A stretch of 64,000 nt of DNA from Carpediemonas membranifera BICM (Eukaryota > Protista > Fornicata): NCBI GenBank assembly GCA_019828565.1, contig JAHDYR010000008.1, positions 1 through 64,000 of the forward strand, written 5' to 3'. Positions 19,152-29,718 of this stretch are shown in pieces. Each line of letters opens with the position of its first letter. Position 1 is the stretch's first letter. The notes beneath the pieces were generated by a model. It was given only the letters and a program-made list of their open reading frames with translations, did not search any database and was not told the DNA's origin. The translations under genes were made by a program, and so were the position numbers.

Positions 19152-21413
19152 ATGGAGGATTCCACTACGTTCTTCGTTCGGGAAGTCGACTCCTCAAGCG
19201 TTGGTGCCCCGGGACTAAAGTGCGCCTCGGCCTCTTCAACCAACGCAGACACGCACGCAGCCATCGAGGCATGTGCTCTCGAGCTTTCATTGCGGATGGG
19301 GTCGTGCTCTCCCAACTTCATTTTCATGTCTTGCCACTCCGACCACGATCCGGAAGCCATACGCCACGCCATGAACCAAGTCATGCCTGACGTGAAGTTT
19401 CTGGGTGTGAGCAACTGCGAGACAGCAATGACCGAGGACATTATCTTCGATGGGATGCACTTGACAATGTTTGCTTTGTCGGACGGGGGCGACATCGCCA
19501 TCAACATTGCAGAGAAGAAACCAGGCAGGATGTCAGAGATCGCTTACAACCTCTCGAAACAGGTGTGCAAGGACGCTGGGAAGAACCCCGACACAGTACA
19601 CCTACACCCTCCCTCCATTGTCATGCTCTACAACACGCTGGGGGAAGAGAAGGACACCATCACCGGCATCCAGGCGTGTTTCGGCCGGGCAGTACCAGTG
19701 GTTGGGGGGTCGGCGTATTTCCAGATGGACGGTAGCTCCAAGGGCTGGGTTGTTGTCCCAAGTGCCAGTGGATGGAACAGCATCGTCATCGTAGCTATGT
19801 GGACAGAGTGCGAGGTCATGGCCGTGTCTCGGTATGGTTTCAGCCCTAGTGCGATCAGTGGTGTTATCACCAAGGTCGGCGAGGACAGCCATGTCATCCA
19901 GGAGATCGACAACCAACCCGCGACACACGTGTACTCCTCCTGGACCGCTGATGCCCTAGATGATGAAGTGAAGAGGTCTGATGGCCCTGAGACCTGCAAT
20001 GTGTCCTGGAAGACGGTGCTCCATCCACTGGGGAAGATGGTCGGCTTCGACTCGACCGGCGATGAGGTCATGCAGCTCACACATGTGCTGCTGTTCCTCC
20101 CCAACGGCGGGGGTCTGAAGACAGCCGTGGAGCATTCCGTCGGTGAGAGACTGATGTTGATGAGCGGTACCACACGCCAGGTCGTCAATCGGGTCTTCGC
20201 GGTGCACCGGCCAGTCCAGGAGAGGTTCCACACAGTCCACGGCGGGCTGTTGGAGTGGTGCTGCGGGATCCTTTCGGCGACAAGAGACCAGCTTCCGATG
20301 CTGCAGCGGCATTTTAAGACCATCTGTCGCAGCTCGCTCATCTCACACTTCCCCATGGGTGAAATCGCTACCTTCCGACTCAACCGCCAGATGATGGACG
20401 CTACTAGTCCCTGTGACTCGTGCGACCCGTTTGGAGCCCCCTGCGAGCCTGTGATATACGAGAAGACCACCTCGGACACCTCATCCTTTGACTCCGAGCC
20501 GGATTCCGAGTCTGACTTTGACGAGGAGATGGCAGTTATCTCGCCTAATGAGAACATCTCCTGTTCATTCTCTCAGTTCGCCGTGGACGTCGACAGCGAG
20601 ACCTGCCTCACCCAGTTCTGCAATCTTTCCTTCAATCTCATTGTATTTGGCGAATCCCAGTCGATCCTGCCAACTGGCGAAGTCACGTTGCTGTTCACGG
20701 ACATCATGTCCAGCACAGACCTGTGGAAGTCCGACTCGAGGAACATGGCAAGGGCCGTCCACTGTCACAACGACGTTCTTAGAGACCTGCTCCAGACCCT
20801 GAAGAGCGCTTGGCCGGGTACTGAGATGAAGTTCGAGGGTGACGCTTTCATGATCGCGTTTTCATCCCCGATCCACTGTGCCCTGTTCTGTGCAGTCGCC
20901 CAGCTAGCTCTGATGCAGGCCGACTGGCCCGAGATCGATCATCCTGACTGCGACACCCTCCGCACACCCATCGATGAGGACCGCTACTGTGCTACGTGCG
21001 CCTTTGCTGCCGAGAAAGGCGAGGCGCCATTGCCCCACTGCTGCACCAAGGAGGTGAGGCGGTCATCTTTCCAGTATCGCGGGCTGAGGATCAGGATGGG
21101 CTTCCACACCGGCCGACCCAAGCCGACGTTTGATGCAGCTTCCAAGCGGGCCGACTACATTGGCATGGATGTTAATCTGGCCACTCGCATCGCCGATTCT
21201 GGCCATGGCGGGCAAATCCTTCTCAGTGGGCAGACATACGAGCAGATCAAGAATGAGGATTTCACAATCGTTGGTGGAGTCGAGTTCAAGCGACTGGGTC
21301 GGTTTGCTCTCTGGGGTCTCGAGGCTCAGGAGATATACGAGATGCGCCTCCCTTGGCTCAGCATGAGGGATTTCACTGGGTTGCCTCTTCGGGGAGCGGA
21401 GCGGCTCGATTAA
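19152..21413 (+). CDS. Soluble FIST-domain / class III adenylyl cyclase fusion (frame is open from 18888)
   Basis: FIST: VPVVGGSA, VIQEIDNQPATHVY, HPLG, GERLMLMSG, WCCG, FPMGEI. Cyclase: LLFTDIMSST, KFEGDAFM, GLRIRMGFHTG, ADYIGMDVNLATRI, GGQILLS. Confidence 0.85.
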   Translation: MEDSTTFFVREVDSSSVGAPGLKCASASSTNADTHAAIEACALELSLRMGSCSPNFIFMSCHSDHDPEAIRHAMNQVMPDVKFLGVSNCETAMTEDIIFDGMHLTMFALSDGGDIAINIAEKKPGRMSEIAYNLSKQVCKDAGKNPDTVHLHPPSIVMLYNTLGEEKDTITGIQACFGRAVPVVGGSAYFQMDGSSKGWVVVPSASGWNSIVIVAMWTECEVMAVSRYGFSPSAISGVITKVGEDSHVIQEIDNQPATHVYSSWTADALDDEVKRSDGPETCNVSWKTVLHPLGKMVGFDSTGDEVMQLTHVLLFLPNGGGLKTAVEHSVGERLMLMSGTTRQVVNRVFAVHRPVQERFHTVHGGLLEWCCGILSATRDQLPMLQRHFKTICRSSLISHFPMGEIATFRLNRQMMDATSPCDSCDPFGAPCEPVIYEKTTSDTSSFDSEPDSESDFDEEMAVISPNENISCSFSQFAVDVDSETCLTQFCNLSFNLIVFGESQSILPTGEVTLLFTDIMSSTDLWKSDSRNMARAVHCHNDVLRDLLQTLKSAWPGTEMKFEGDAFMIAFSSPIHCALFCAVAQLALMQADWPEIDHPDCDTLRTPIDEDRYCATCAFAAEKGEAPLPHCCTKEVRRSSFQYRGLRIRMGFHTGRPKPTFDAASKRADYIGMDVNLATRIADSGHGGQILLSGQTYEQIKNEDFTIVGGVEFKRLGRFALWGLEAQEIYEMRLPWLSMRDFTGLPLRGAERLD

Positions 21414-22797
21414 CGTCATGTTTGCAAGCTATTACTATAAAGTCACTGTGTGTCAATGAAGGCCAATCCGTTTTGGACGGGTCGGGCCCAGAATTTCAAA
21501 ATATAAATACGGCGCCAGTAGAACGGGTGCACCATCTGAAGTCGACTACGGATGTAGGATACCTCACATGTACATTGAGAGACTGTTCTTGACTCAGAAC
21601 GTCACGATGTCGTTTGGCCACAAATTCAGAAAACCAATTGTGATGAAAACTGCAGCATCAACATCTCTATGATAGTGTTTACAATTCACCTATCGACTCT
21701 CTTCCACAGAAGACTCGAACTGCGTGCACATCATGTTGCTTTGAGGCACGATGAATCGTAATCTACCGCATCCAGGCAAGATGTCCCCCAACAACCCTCA
21801 TCGGCTTCATCGAGGTAGTATGGAGTCGCTACGTTGCCCATTGGTTTCTAACTCGTTGGTTTGAATGAAAGTTGTGATTATTCCAGGAGGCGCGTTGACG
21901 AAGCACGAACAGATGATTGAGACACAAATCATGTGCCCCAATCGATGTCACTTGCAACACAACGAACACTAGTAATCCAGACACACCCGACCCGTTCAGC
22001 GCCAGTCGATATTACAGCGTATTGATTCGATCTGATTCTCAGGCCTGATTGTTGGTTCCTCAGTATGCGGTGGAGGACATCTTTCTCATGTAAATGTTAC
22101 ATATTCAAAGAATTGCTCTTTTGGGATTTGCAGTGATATGATTCTGTCAAATCGGATCAGCAAGATTGTGTGGTTGGTTGGTTGAGTCAGCCTCGAATAG
22201 CATGCGAGAAGGGAATGATCTTCGGCGACTACTTGCTGAAGATTTACAAGCATGCCAACTGGCCACTGGTGCAAGTACTGGTAAGGATAGTCCATGCGGG
22301 TAACACTGTGCCATCCGACAAAACATACAGACGGGATGATGGCGCAAGCTGCTGGGTAGACAACTGACTACTGTCCAAAAATAGATCGTCAAATCGATGT
22401 TGCTTCGGTCCTACCGCGTCAACGGCCAGACCATCACCAACGATTCTATGCAATGCTTACCAACCAACCAGGCGTTCCCGCTTATGGTTATGAACGACGA
22501 TAGCGTTCCGTCAACTATCGCTTACGGCATGCGCCGTTTTGAGGCCATTTCATCGTCTCATTGTGCTGGTTCTTTCCGGAAAGTGAAGGATCGAAAACGA
22601 CGAGCACTAAACCTTCACAGATGCAATGGAAGCAAGTAAAATCTCCATTGGCTGCTGATCTATGTGTTTCATCATGCTCGAAGGGGTCTTCGAATAATCG
22701 GATATTCAATCTGCTGCGTGTGGTAGTCAGCTTCGCTGAATACCCCCAATACCGGTGCCATAGCGAAGTTGGCTGATGCATATGCGCTATTCATCGC

Positions 22798-23217
22798 TCA
22801 CTTTCCAGTGCTACCAAACCCATTCGTCCCGCGATCGCTGATCGACACCTCGTCGGCAGCGACTAGCTCTGGCCGGACAAAGGGGGTAACAATCATCTGT
22901 GCTATACGGTCGCCAACGTGCACATGGAATGGCTCATTCTTATCATGATTGAAGAGGATTACTCCAACAATGCCGCGGTAATCGGCATCTACCACGCCAG
23001 CACCAACATCAATGCCAGAACGAGCAGCAAGACCAGAACGGGGAGCAATGCGTCCATAAGTATTGGCAGGAAGCTCAACGATGATTCCAGTTGAAACCAC
23101 AGCTCGCTCTCCGGGAGCAATGCTGCATTCAACGGCAGAATACAAATCCATGCCAGCAGCACTTAGACTACCATATGTTGGGAGCTTGCTATTTGGTTCT
23201 TTGAGCACAACGTTCAT
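22798..23217 (-). CDS. DUT: Trimeric dUTP diphosphatase
   Basis: All five motifs present: AGMDL, PRSG, GVVDADYRG, GDRIAQ, RGTNGFGSTG. Confidence 0.97.
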   Translation of the reverse strand: MNVVLKEPNSKLPTYGSLSAAGMDLYSAVECSIAPGERAVVSTGIIVELPANTYGRIAPRSGLAARSGIDVGAGVVDADYRGIVGVILFNHDKNEPFHVHVGDRIAQMIVTPFVRPELVAADEVSISDRGTNGFGSTGK

Positions 23218-23284
23218 CTAATTCTTCTTCGACGTCCTTTGCGCGTGAAAAGTCAAGATCCGTCAAAGGACATCGTGACAACGT

Positions 23285-24781
23285 TTACTGTGCGATCGCA
23301 GTCTGGCATACGTGAGAGTTCTTGAATGCCGGTGACTCGGGCTCACTGGGGCACTTTGCTGGCGAAGAGATGAACTCGGGCTGGCCCTCGATGGAGTGGC
23401 AGTCGTTCGATCCAAGCACATACCAGCCGTTGTTAGACTTCAGCCAGATGTTAACACCGGATTTCCTCACCTCGGTCACGGGTAAATCAAGAGACCAGCT
23501 CTGGCCGGCCTGAATGTGCTCGCCCCTCTTGTCATAGGCCTCAGTATCAACGAGAATGGCACCGGACGTCTTATCGGGACCCATAAAGCAAATTATGCTG
23601 CTGTTATCGGCTATGGCAACAGACGTCCACTCGTGAGAGCATGTCAGGGGTGTGGCAGTCAGCAGGTTGTCTGGGGCGTCATCCTCGAGGAAAGGCTTGA
23701 TCAGCGTAGTGTCCCCGGCACCAAAGAGCGTCTTGCCGCTAAGGTAGAAGGTGTTCTTTCCATAAGAACAGGGCCAGATAGCGTCCACAGGGAAGGGGAG
23801 CTCCGTGAACAACGGCACATTCTCATCACTACCGACGCCGAGGTTGCCGGTAACCTCGTTAAAGCCGGAGACAGCAAGACGTCTGTCGGTTGTCATCAAG
23901 AAGCAGCGGCTATCCGTGTCGTCGGCGGTGATGTCGTCGGGCACGAACCCAGTGGGAAGCTCGACAGGCACGAACTCGTCGTAGTCATCCGCGTTGTCGG
24001 TCGAGCCAACACCAAGAAAGCCACAATCATTACCACCAGCTGCAACAGTGCCGGCCGGGGTGACGATCATTGAGAAGTAGAAGCTCTCACACGGAGAGCC
24101 GAGGAACAGCTTCGTGACGAGCTCATGCTTGTGCCATGCGGGGAGACTGGCCTCATACTCGGCCACATCCCCTGCTTTGACAAAGTCAACTGCTGACGGC
24201 AAGACACCATCGTACTCGCCAACGCCGAGAGAACCGTTGTGGCTCTCACCCCAGACGATCACACCATCAACGGTAGCCGCAAGAGTGCGATCGCCGTCAG
24301 AGACATACTTCATGATGTGGGGAACACGGGCATGGCGGTAGCGGGCAATATACTCGACATCGGCGTTGCCCCCGAGGAGGAACCCAGTCTGGAAGCTGTC
24401 GTTCTGACCCTTGGCAAAGAATCGGCCACCGTAGAAGCGGATACGGATCGGATATTGGCCAGTAACGTCGCCATCAATCTCGGAGTGGTCGAGGGCAGCC
24501 TTTGTCTTCTTGGAGAGGAACCAATGAGCCTTGGCAAACTCGGGGTAGGCGAAGTCGGCTTTGCCGAACAGTCCAAAGACGTGTTCCTCATACTCTTCTC
24601 TTTCTTCCTCCTCCTCTTCTTCATCCTCGTCATCAGAGTGCCTCGCCTCCTCCTCATCTCGTTCTATCAGGTCGTTGGGCTCAAGATCGGGATTGGCATC
24701 CCCCTCAAGGAAAATAGCCCACAAGAGCTCATCGCTCAGAGAGAGGATCGTTGGTTCGGTTTGTTTTCCAGTTGCAAGCAT
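23285..24781 (-). CDS. RCC1-like repeat protein with an F-box-like N-terminus and an acidic insert
   Basis: Repeats VWGESHNGSLGVG, AAGGNDCGFLGVG and VSGFN..GNLGVG; N-terminal ILSLSDELLWAIF. Confidence 0.75.
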   Translation of the reverse strand: MLATGKQTEPTILSLSDELLWAIFLEGDANPDLEPNDLIERDEEEARHSDDEDEEEEEEEREEYEEHVFGLFGKADFAYPEFAKAHWFLSKKTKAALDHSEIDGDVTGQYPIRIRFYGGRFFAKGQNDSFQTGFLLGGNADVEYIARYRHARVPHIMKYVSDGDRTLAATVDGVIVWGESHNGSLGVGEYDGVLPSAVDFVKAGDVAEYEASLPAWHKHELVTKLFLGSPCESFYFSMIVTPAGTVAAGGNDCGFLGVGSTDNADDYDEFVPVELPTGFVPDDITADDTDSRCFLMTTDRRLAVSGFNEVTGNLGVGSDENVPLFTELPFPVDAIWPCSYGKNTFYLSGKTLFGAGDTTLIKPFLEDDAPDNLLTATPLTCSHEWTSVAIADNSSIICFMGPDKTSGAILVDTEAYDKRGEHIQAGQSWSLDLPVTEVRKSGVNIWLKSNNGWYVLGSNDCHSIEGQPEFISSPAKCPSEPESPAFKNSHVCQTAIAQ

Positions 24782-25197
24782 TTCACTTTCTGGATCCAGA
24801 AATTCGAGATAAAAAAAAGGAAGAATTCGAGATCGATGAGATTGATCCAGTCAATGACGGTCCTCGATGCCTTGTGGTGGATGTGTAGAAGATGAGCAGT
24901 CGGCTTCCCGCTACAGCCGGCCTCTAGTCCCTTCTAGGCGACTGTCCGCGATGTGCTGTGTATTGAAGTCGCAGAGAACAATTACCGGAACAAGCCCAAT
25001 CAACGGCATTTACATACATAACCTGTTACAAACCAGCTGCATTGGGCTGTCGCTGGCTTGAGAACCACTGACTCAATCGACGATGAATCCAGCCAACCAG
25101 CATATGAACCATTGAAATAGTGTACTCGACACCAAGTTACCTCGGCCGCAGCTGTATGCCCACGCGTGACGTTGATGGCAAACCTGCCAGCATCGAG

Positions 25198-26355
25198 ATG
25201 AAAATCTCAGTCCTCTCGTTTGAACACGATTCAGATGGAAATGACAATGAATTTGACATAGACACAACATCTTTCGAAGAATTTCAGGCTGTGCTCACAA
25301 GTATCTACGATTCGGAGGCTGCAGGGATCTATGGCCTTGCAGAAATGCTATTCTCCTACAATATGGCGGCTCTTGTGCCAATTCGCTCACAAAAAGAGCT
25401 CGATTCGATGAACCTTTCGGACGGGAGCGAGCTCTTCGTCATCTTGCGAGAGTCGATCCCACCACAGTCACTTGAGCGCTTGACCAGGAAAGCCCAGAGT
25501 ATTGTCCCTATCCATGTTCCAGACATCTACGCGGCGCTCCTGAGAGGCTTTACTCCTGTTAGCGATAGCTTTGTGAGGATCTGCGCGGCTATCCACAGTC
25601 AATACCGCGTCAAACCATCACAGCTGTTTGGTCTGTTTACAAATGACCCACCGACAACGTATGGCGAAGCCAACGAACTGATGACACTCTTCGGCTACCA
25701 AGAACGTGATTCAGAGATTGCCTTCGTTCCTGAGGTCGAGCAGGAGTCACACCTACTCCCTCTGCTGCCAAAGACTCAGGCAAAGGTCGATCCGATTGCT
25801 GAATTGATTGAACCGTTTGTAGGAGACACATTGGATCAGATTACTGATATGGTTGCCAGCATCAAGGCTGCTGGCGCTAAGGATCTGCTGGACACCCTTG
25901 GTGAGATCTACAATCTTTCAAAGGAGACTATTCGTCACATCAAAGCCGATTTCACCGAACGTATAACCCAGCCAGCTGTGGGTGGCTCGCGGGGGTCAGT
26001 GTCTGTGAGTGCCCTGAAGACGGCCCCAGCTGGCCCCTCGCATATCATCGACCTCCATGGCTATGACCGTCTCACGGCAAAGTCAATCACAGAGCAGCTA
26101 ATACGCGTCCATTCGGGACCTCAACGCCAGTTTGGTGCCGTCGTCATCACCGGCAAAGGACTCCACACGCACCATTCCATGAACCAGGGGCAGCCGGTTA
26201 TCCAGCCGGCAGTCAAGCATGCTCTGGAAAATAATGAAGTTCCGCATCGCTGGTGTGAGGGCTATTATCTGCTGTGGCCAGAGAGACCGCTGAAGGAGTT
26301 TGTCAGAAGTCAGGTTGCCGGTATCTCCTGTTACTGTGGGGACTTTCAGACGTGA
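25198..26355 (+). CDS. Smr-domain endonuclease-like protein with a ubiquitin-like/PB1-like N-terminus (start 25156 or 25198)
   Basis: IIDLHG and VVITGKGLH..PVIQPAVKHAL are Smr motifs. Confidence 0.8.
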   Translation: MKISVLSFEHDSDGNDNEFDIDTTSFEEFQAVLTSIYDSEAAGIYGLAEMLFSYNMAALVPIRSQKELDSMNLSDGSELFVILRESIPPQSLERLTRKAQSIVPIHVPDIYAALLRGFTPVSDSFVRICAAIHSQYRVKPSQLFGLFTNDPPTTYGEANELMTLFGYQERDSEIAFVPEVEQESHLLPLLPKTQAKVDPIAELIEPFVGDTLDQITDMVASIKAAGAKDLLDTLGEIYNLSKETIRHIKADFTERITQPAVGGSRGSVSVSALKTAPAGPSHIIDLHGYDRLTAKSITEQLIRVHSGPQRQFGAVVITGKGLHTHHSMNQGQPVIQPAVKHALENNEVPHRWCEGYYLLWPERPLKEFVRSQVAGISCYCGDFQT

Positions 26356-26896
26356 CTATGTGGTGTTAAATTTTCTTGCCCTCGCTTGCCGATTGACCAA
26401 CAGAGACCTTGATCTCAGACCAACAGAACCAATATCTCACACAGCAGAGCGGATCACCGCGGAGGCCCAGGCCTGTAATGTGCGGCCGGCACTCCGAGAA
26501 TTCGTTCCGCTACATCTACTTGCCTCAAGTGCTCGAGAACCTGTCTGTAAGATAAGCTGATCGAGCAAGAGCCGGACGATGAGGAGAAGGCCATCATGGC
26601 CACGCTGCAGAGCATTCGTGAGTCGACGCCGTCTTCTGGCAGTGCACTGCTGCCACGGGTCGTCACACCGAAACCCAAGACGAAGACGAAGACGAAATGG
26701 GACATGCTCATCCCATCAGAAGCAGAACAGGTCACGCAGCGCCGCGCTGCCAGTTGTCCGAGAGATCGATGAGGAGGAGAACATCGAGTCGACCTAGTGC
26801 TGGTTCCACCGCAGAAAGCACCGACCAGGGTGGCGATGGAGCCCACCTCGGAGGGCCAGTGCCTTGCCGGGACATGCGTCCTCTCACTGTAAAGCA

Positions 26897-27613
26897 TCAC
26901 TTCTCACGACCGCGTGGAATTGTGCGAGGTTTCGACGGACGTCGACAAGGCCACGGCTGTGCTCCCCCGCCGCGACGACTCCCACCGTGAGCGTGCACCC
27001 GTCTCTCGACCCCGGTCACAAGGAGGTCCTTTCGCCGCCTGGGCAGACTAGCTTCGAAAGCAGCAACAGTCTCCGGCAGCTGGATCCTCCTCGGCTTCGC
27101 CGCCTCGACTTCTCTGACCCGACCCGACTGAAACCCGAGCTGAGAGATGCCGGAACCCTGACTGTACTCAAGGCCGAACAGCCCGCCCGAGGTCACAATG
27201 ACGATGGAGGAACCGTTGTGAGTGTACATGCTGACAACTGGTGGGATGTCAAGTCTGGTGTACCGTGGGTGGACCCTGTATCGTGACCACGCGAGCTCGA
27301 ACAGTCGACCGGCGGTGTCGGTAGTGCTCGTTGAGGAGGCCTGTGCCATTGTACACGTGATATACACCGTCATGCTCTGCTCTAGTGTGAGTGTCTTCTT
27401 GCACAAGAACCAGACTGCCTTATCCCTCGCCGACTACAGCTCTGGCACAGGCTTGAGGTAGGCTGGGGCCTGACTCAGCCCCTTGTCCCAAAGCCTGGTA
27501 TCTTCCAGGTCTGGGTCGGCCCCAGCTGCCATGAGCACTGCCCAGAGAGTGCCCTGGAGCAGGGTGTGCAGGGCGGCTGGGAGCTCTTGGCCGTCAGCCA
27601 GCTCGACGTTCAT
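26897..27613 (-). pseudogene. Degenerate paralogue of the 23285-24781 RCC1-like family
   Basis: LWAVLMAAGADPDLE, KAVWFLCKKT and VAAFEASLPRRRKDLLVT match LWAIFLEGDANPDLE, KAHWFLSKKT and VAEYEASLPAWHKHELVT. In-frame TAG at 27434-27436; truncated. Confidence 0.8.
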
Positions 27614-28005
27614 GGACAGCGGGGGACCACTGTAGGTAAGACCTGTAAGGTATACCTTACCTTACCTTACAGGCGTGATCGATGTGCACCTGCGCGTCGT
27701 GCCTCATGGGCGGGAGGTTGGAGCATGGCGAGAAGCTCGTCGGGGAGAAGCTCGGGCTCGGGCGTAATCCTGCCACGCCTTGGCTTTGCGGCCTTTGCGT
27801 TCTGAAGACGCATTGGTCGCTATCCTCAAACTCGGCCTGGGCGGCAGCGATCGGTACATCGCTATATCTGCCCGGCAAGACGCTGCGGATTTCAGATGCT
27901 GCTGATCCGCTTCGTACGGCCATTTGTCGAGATCCCATCTTCCCTCATTGGAGTCCCGATCAGTCAAGTCATGACTGCCGGCGGTAAGAGAGCCCAGAGC
28001 AGTAC

Positions 28006-29007
28006 AATATACTCTACTACACCGCAGAGTCGTTCCTCTACAGACTGCCCCTGGGCGTCATCCTGCTCGTCCTGTCGACTCTGGCCTCCTCCTTCATCAC
28101 ACCATGGATCCGGCTGATTCTGGGTCTATCCCGGGGCTCGGTGTTCTCCATCTTTCTGTACATCCTCGGAGCACTGGGCACTATCGTCGCAGTCATTGAG
28201 TATAGGTCAGGCACGTTCAGCCAGCTTGTAGCTCTCATCCGCCGAAAGCCTGGAGGGCCGTTGTTGCCCCTGCCCATGCGCGGAGGGAGGTATAGCGCCC
28301 TGCTGAGACGGAGCCTGAAGCTGCTCGAGCAGACCATGGGCCACGGTGTTCCGTTTAGCATCATCGTGCTCTCGTCGGCCGTTTATTTCGTGTTCCAGCT
28401 TTTTTTCTCTGAACAGGAAAGGGTCAATGTTTTTGGGTTTACCGCGGTCGATCAGATCGTCCTGCCTTTCTATATTATGCCGTACACCTTTATCATGTAC
28501 CTTTCGCCGCTTAGATCCCTTTTTACGGAAACTGAAATCAAGTCGGCGAAAAAGATTCGGCGGACACAATCAAAGGCGCTCCAACTGTCAGAGTACGACC
28601 TTCTCGCCCCAGGAGACGATCGCCCCCGGCCCATTCCCATGGCGTGGCTGATGAACGCCCTCCACTTCACATGGGATGGTGCTCGTATCTTCTGGGTTGA
28701 CCTCAAGTCCGCATTTACCGTTGAGTTCGCCCCGCTGGAGATCATGGCGTATAGACTCTTCCTCAACTCCAGAGCGGTGCTCTACTTCTACTTTGCTGTC
28801 ATGTATGAGCTCAACACGGTTTACTTCGAGCTCTGCTTGGTGAGGGTCTGCCTTTCTTGGGTCGGTACCGCCATGGTCACCGTGTTCGCGCCCTGGTTCC
28901 TGGGGATGCTGAAGCCCGAGAGGAGGAGGACGATGCACCCATTGAATCTGGCCCTGAAGGCGACGGGGACAGCCATTTGTCTGTTCGTGTTGTGGCTTTT
29001 ACAGTGA
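28006..29007 (+). pseudogene. 5'-truncated duplicate of the multi-pass membrane protein gene 52139-53470
   Basis: Lacks the first ~110 codons and the ATG; the remaining frame is intact. Confidence 0.75.
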
Positions 29008-29718
29008 GTTGGGCAGGATAGTTTAATACAGCAAATGATGTGGATAAACGAGACACGGTTTCTATATCTCGGACAGAGGCCGGGTTTGACTGACGTGTCT
29101 TCCTTCAGGTGGTGGAACAGTCTGAGAAAGTTTTATTCACATTCATGACCGGTCACATGCTGTGTAAGCGCAGTCGGACCGTCATGGTAACCAGGAGATT
29201 TGGGTCATGTATTTGCTGTCACTGACGTCGACGAGGACCTGCTTTGTGGCCGTTGGTCTGAGGCCACAAGCCATCCTCGGGCTCAGCCACACTGCTGTGT
29301 TGCCACCGTCGGCCTCCAGGTCTGCCGCGTGTCGATTGTCGTTAAACTGCTCTTGTTGTTTATGAGTGTCGCACTCAAGTCTGAGGGTCGGTCACTTGTC
29401 CGTGTAGCAGTGTTGCACAGAGAATACTGCCGGCCATGCAAGACCGAGTTCGATGACTCAACTCATTCCTGGCCCAGCTCTCAGTTCGCCTACGAATGAC
29501 ACCATATCGCGAACGAAACAGAACAAGGGTTGTTCCAGTCGTGGTTGACAGAGCGCGTAGCATACGTGAGGTCAAGTCTTGGACGCCCAGCCCGATCATG
29601 ATGAGGGGTCGAGACATGTCTTTCACTCCATCTGACGCTGCGAACAACCACCTCGACCGATCAATGCCACACTCCCGCGATAAACGTCACCCCGCCGTAA
29701 CAACAGCCTTTACTACAT

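Noticed and set aside
22798-23217. Viral origin of the dUTPase
   Set aside because: Ordinary cellular-type sequence with no viral hallmark genes nearby.
29233-29278. Hairpin in the duplicated spacer
   Set aside because: Single modest stem with no box motifs; its second copy is just the duplication.
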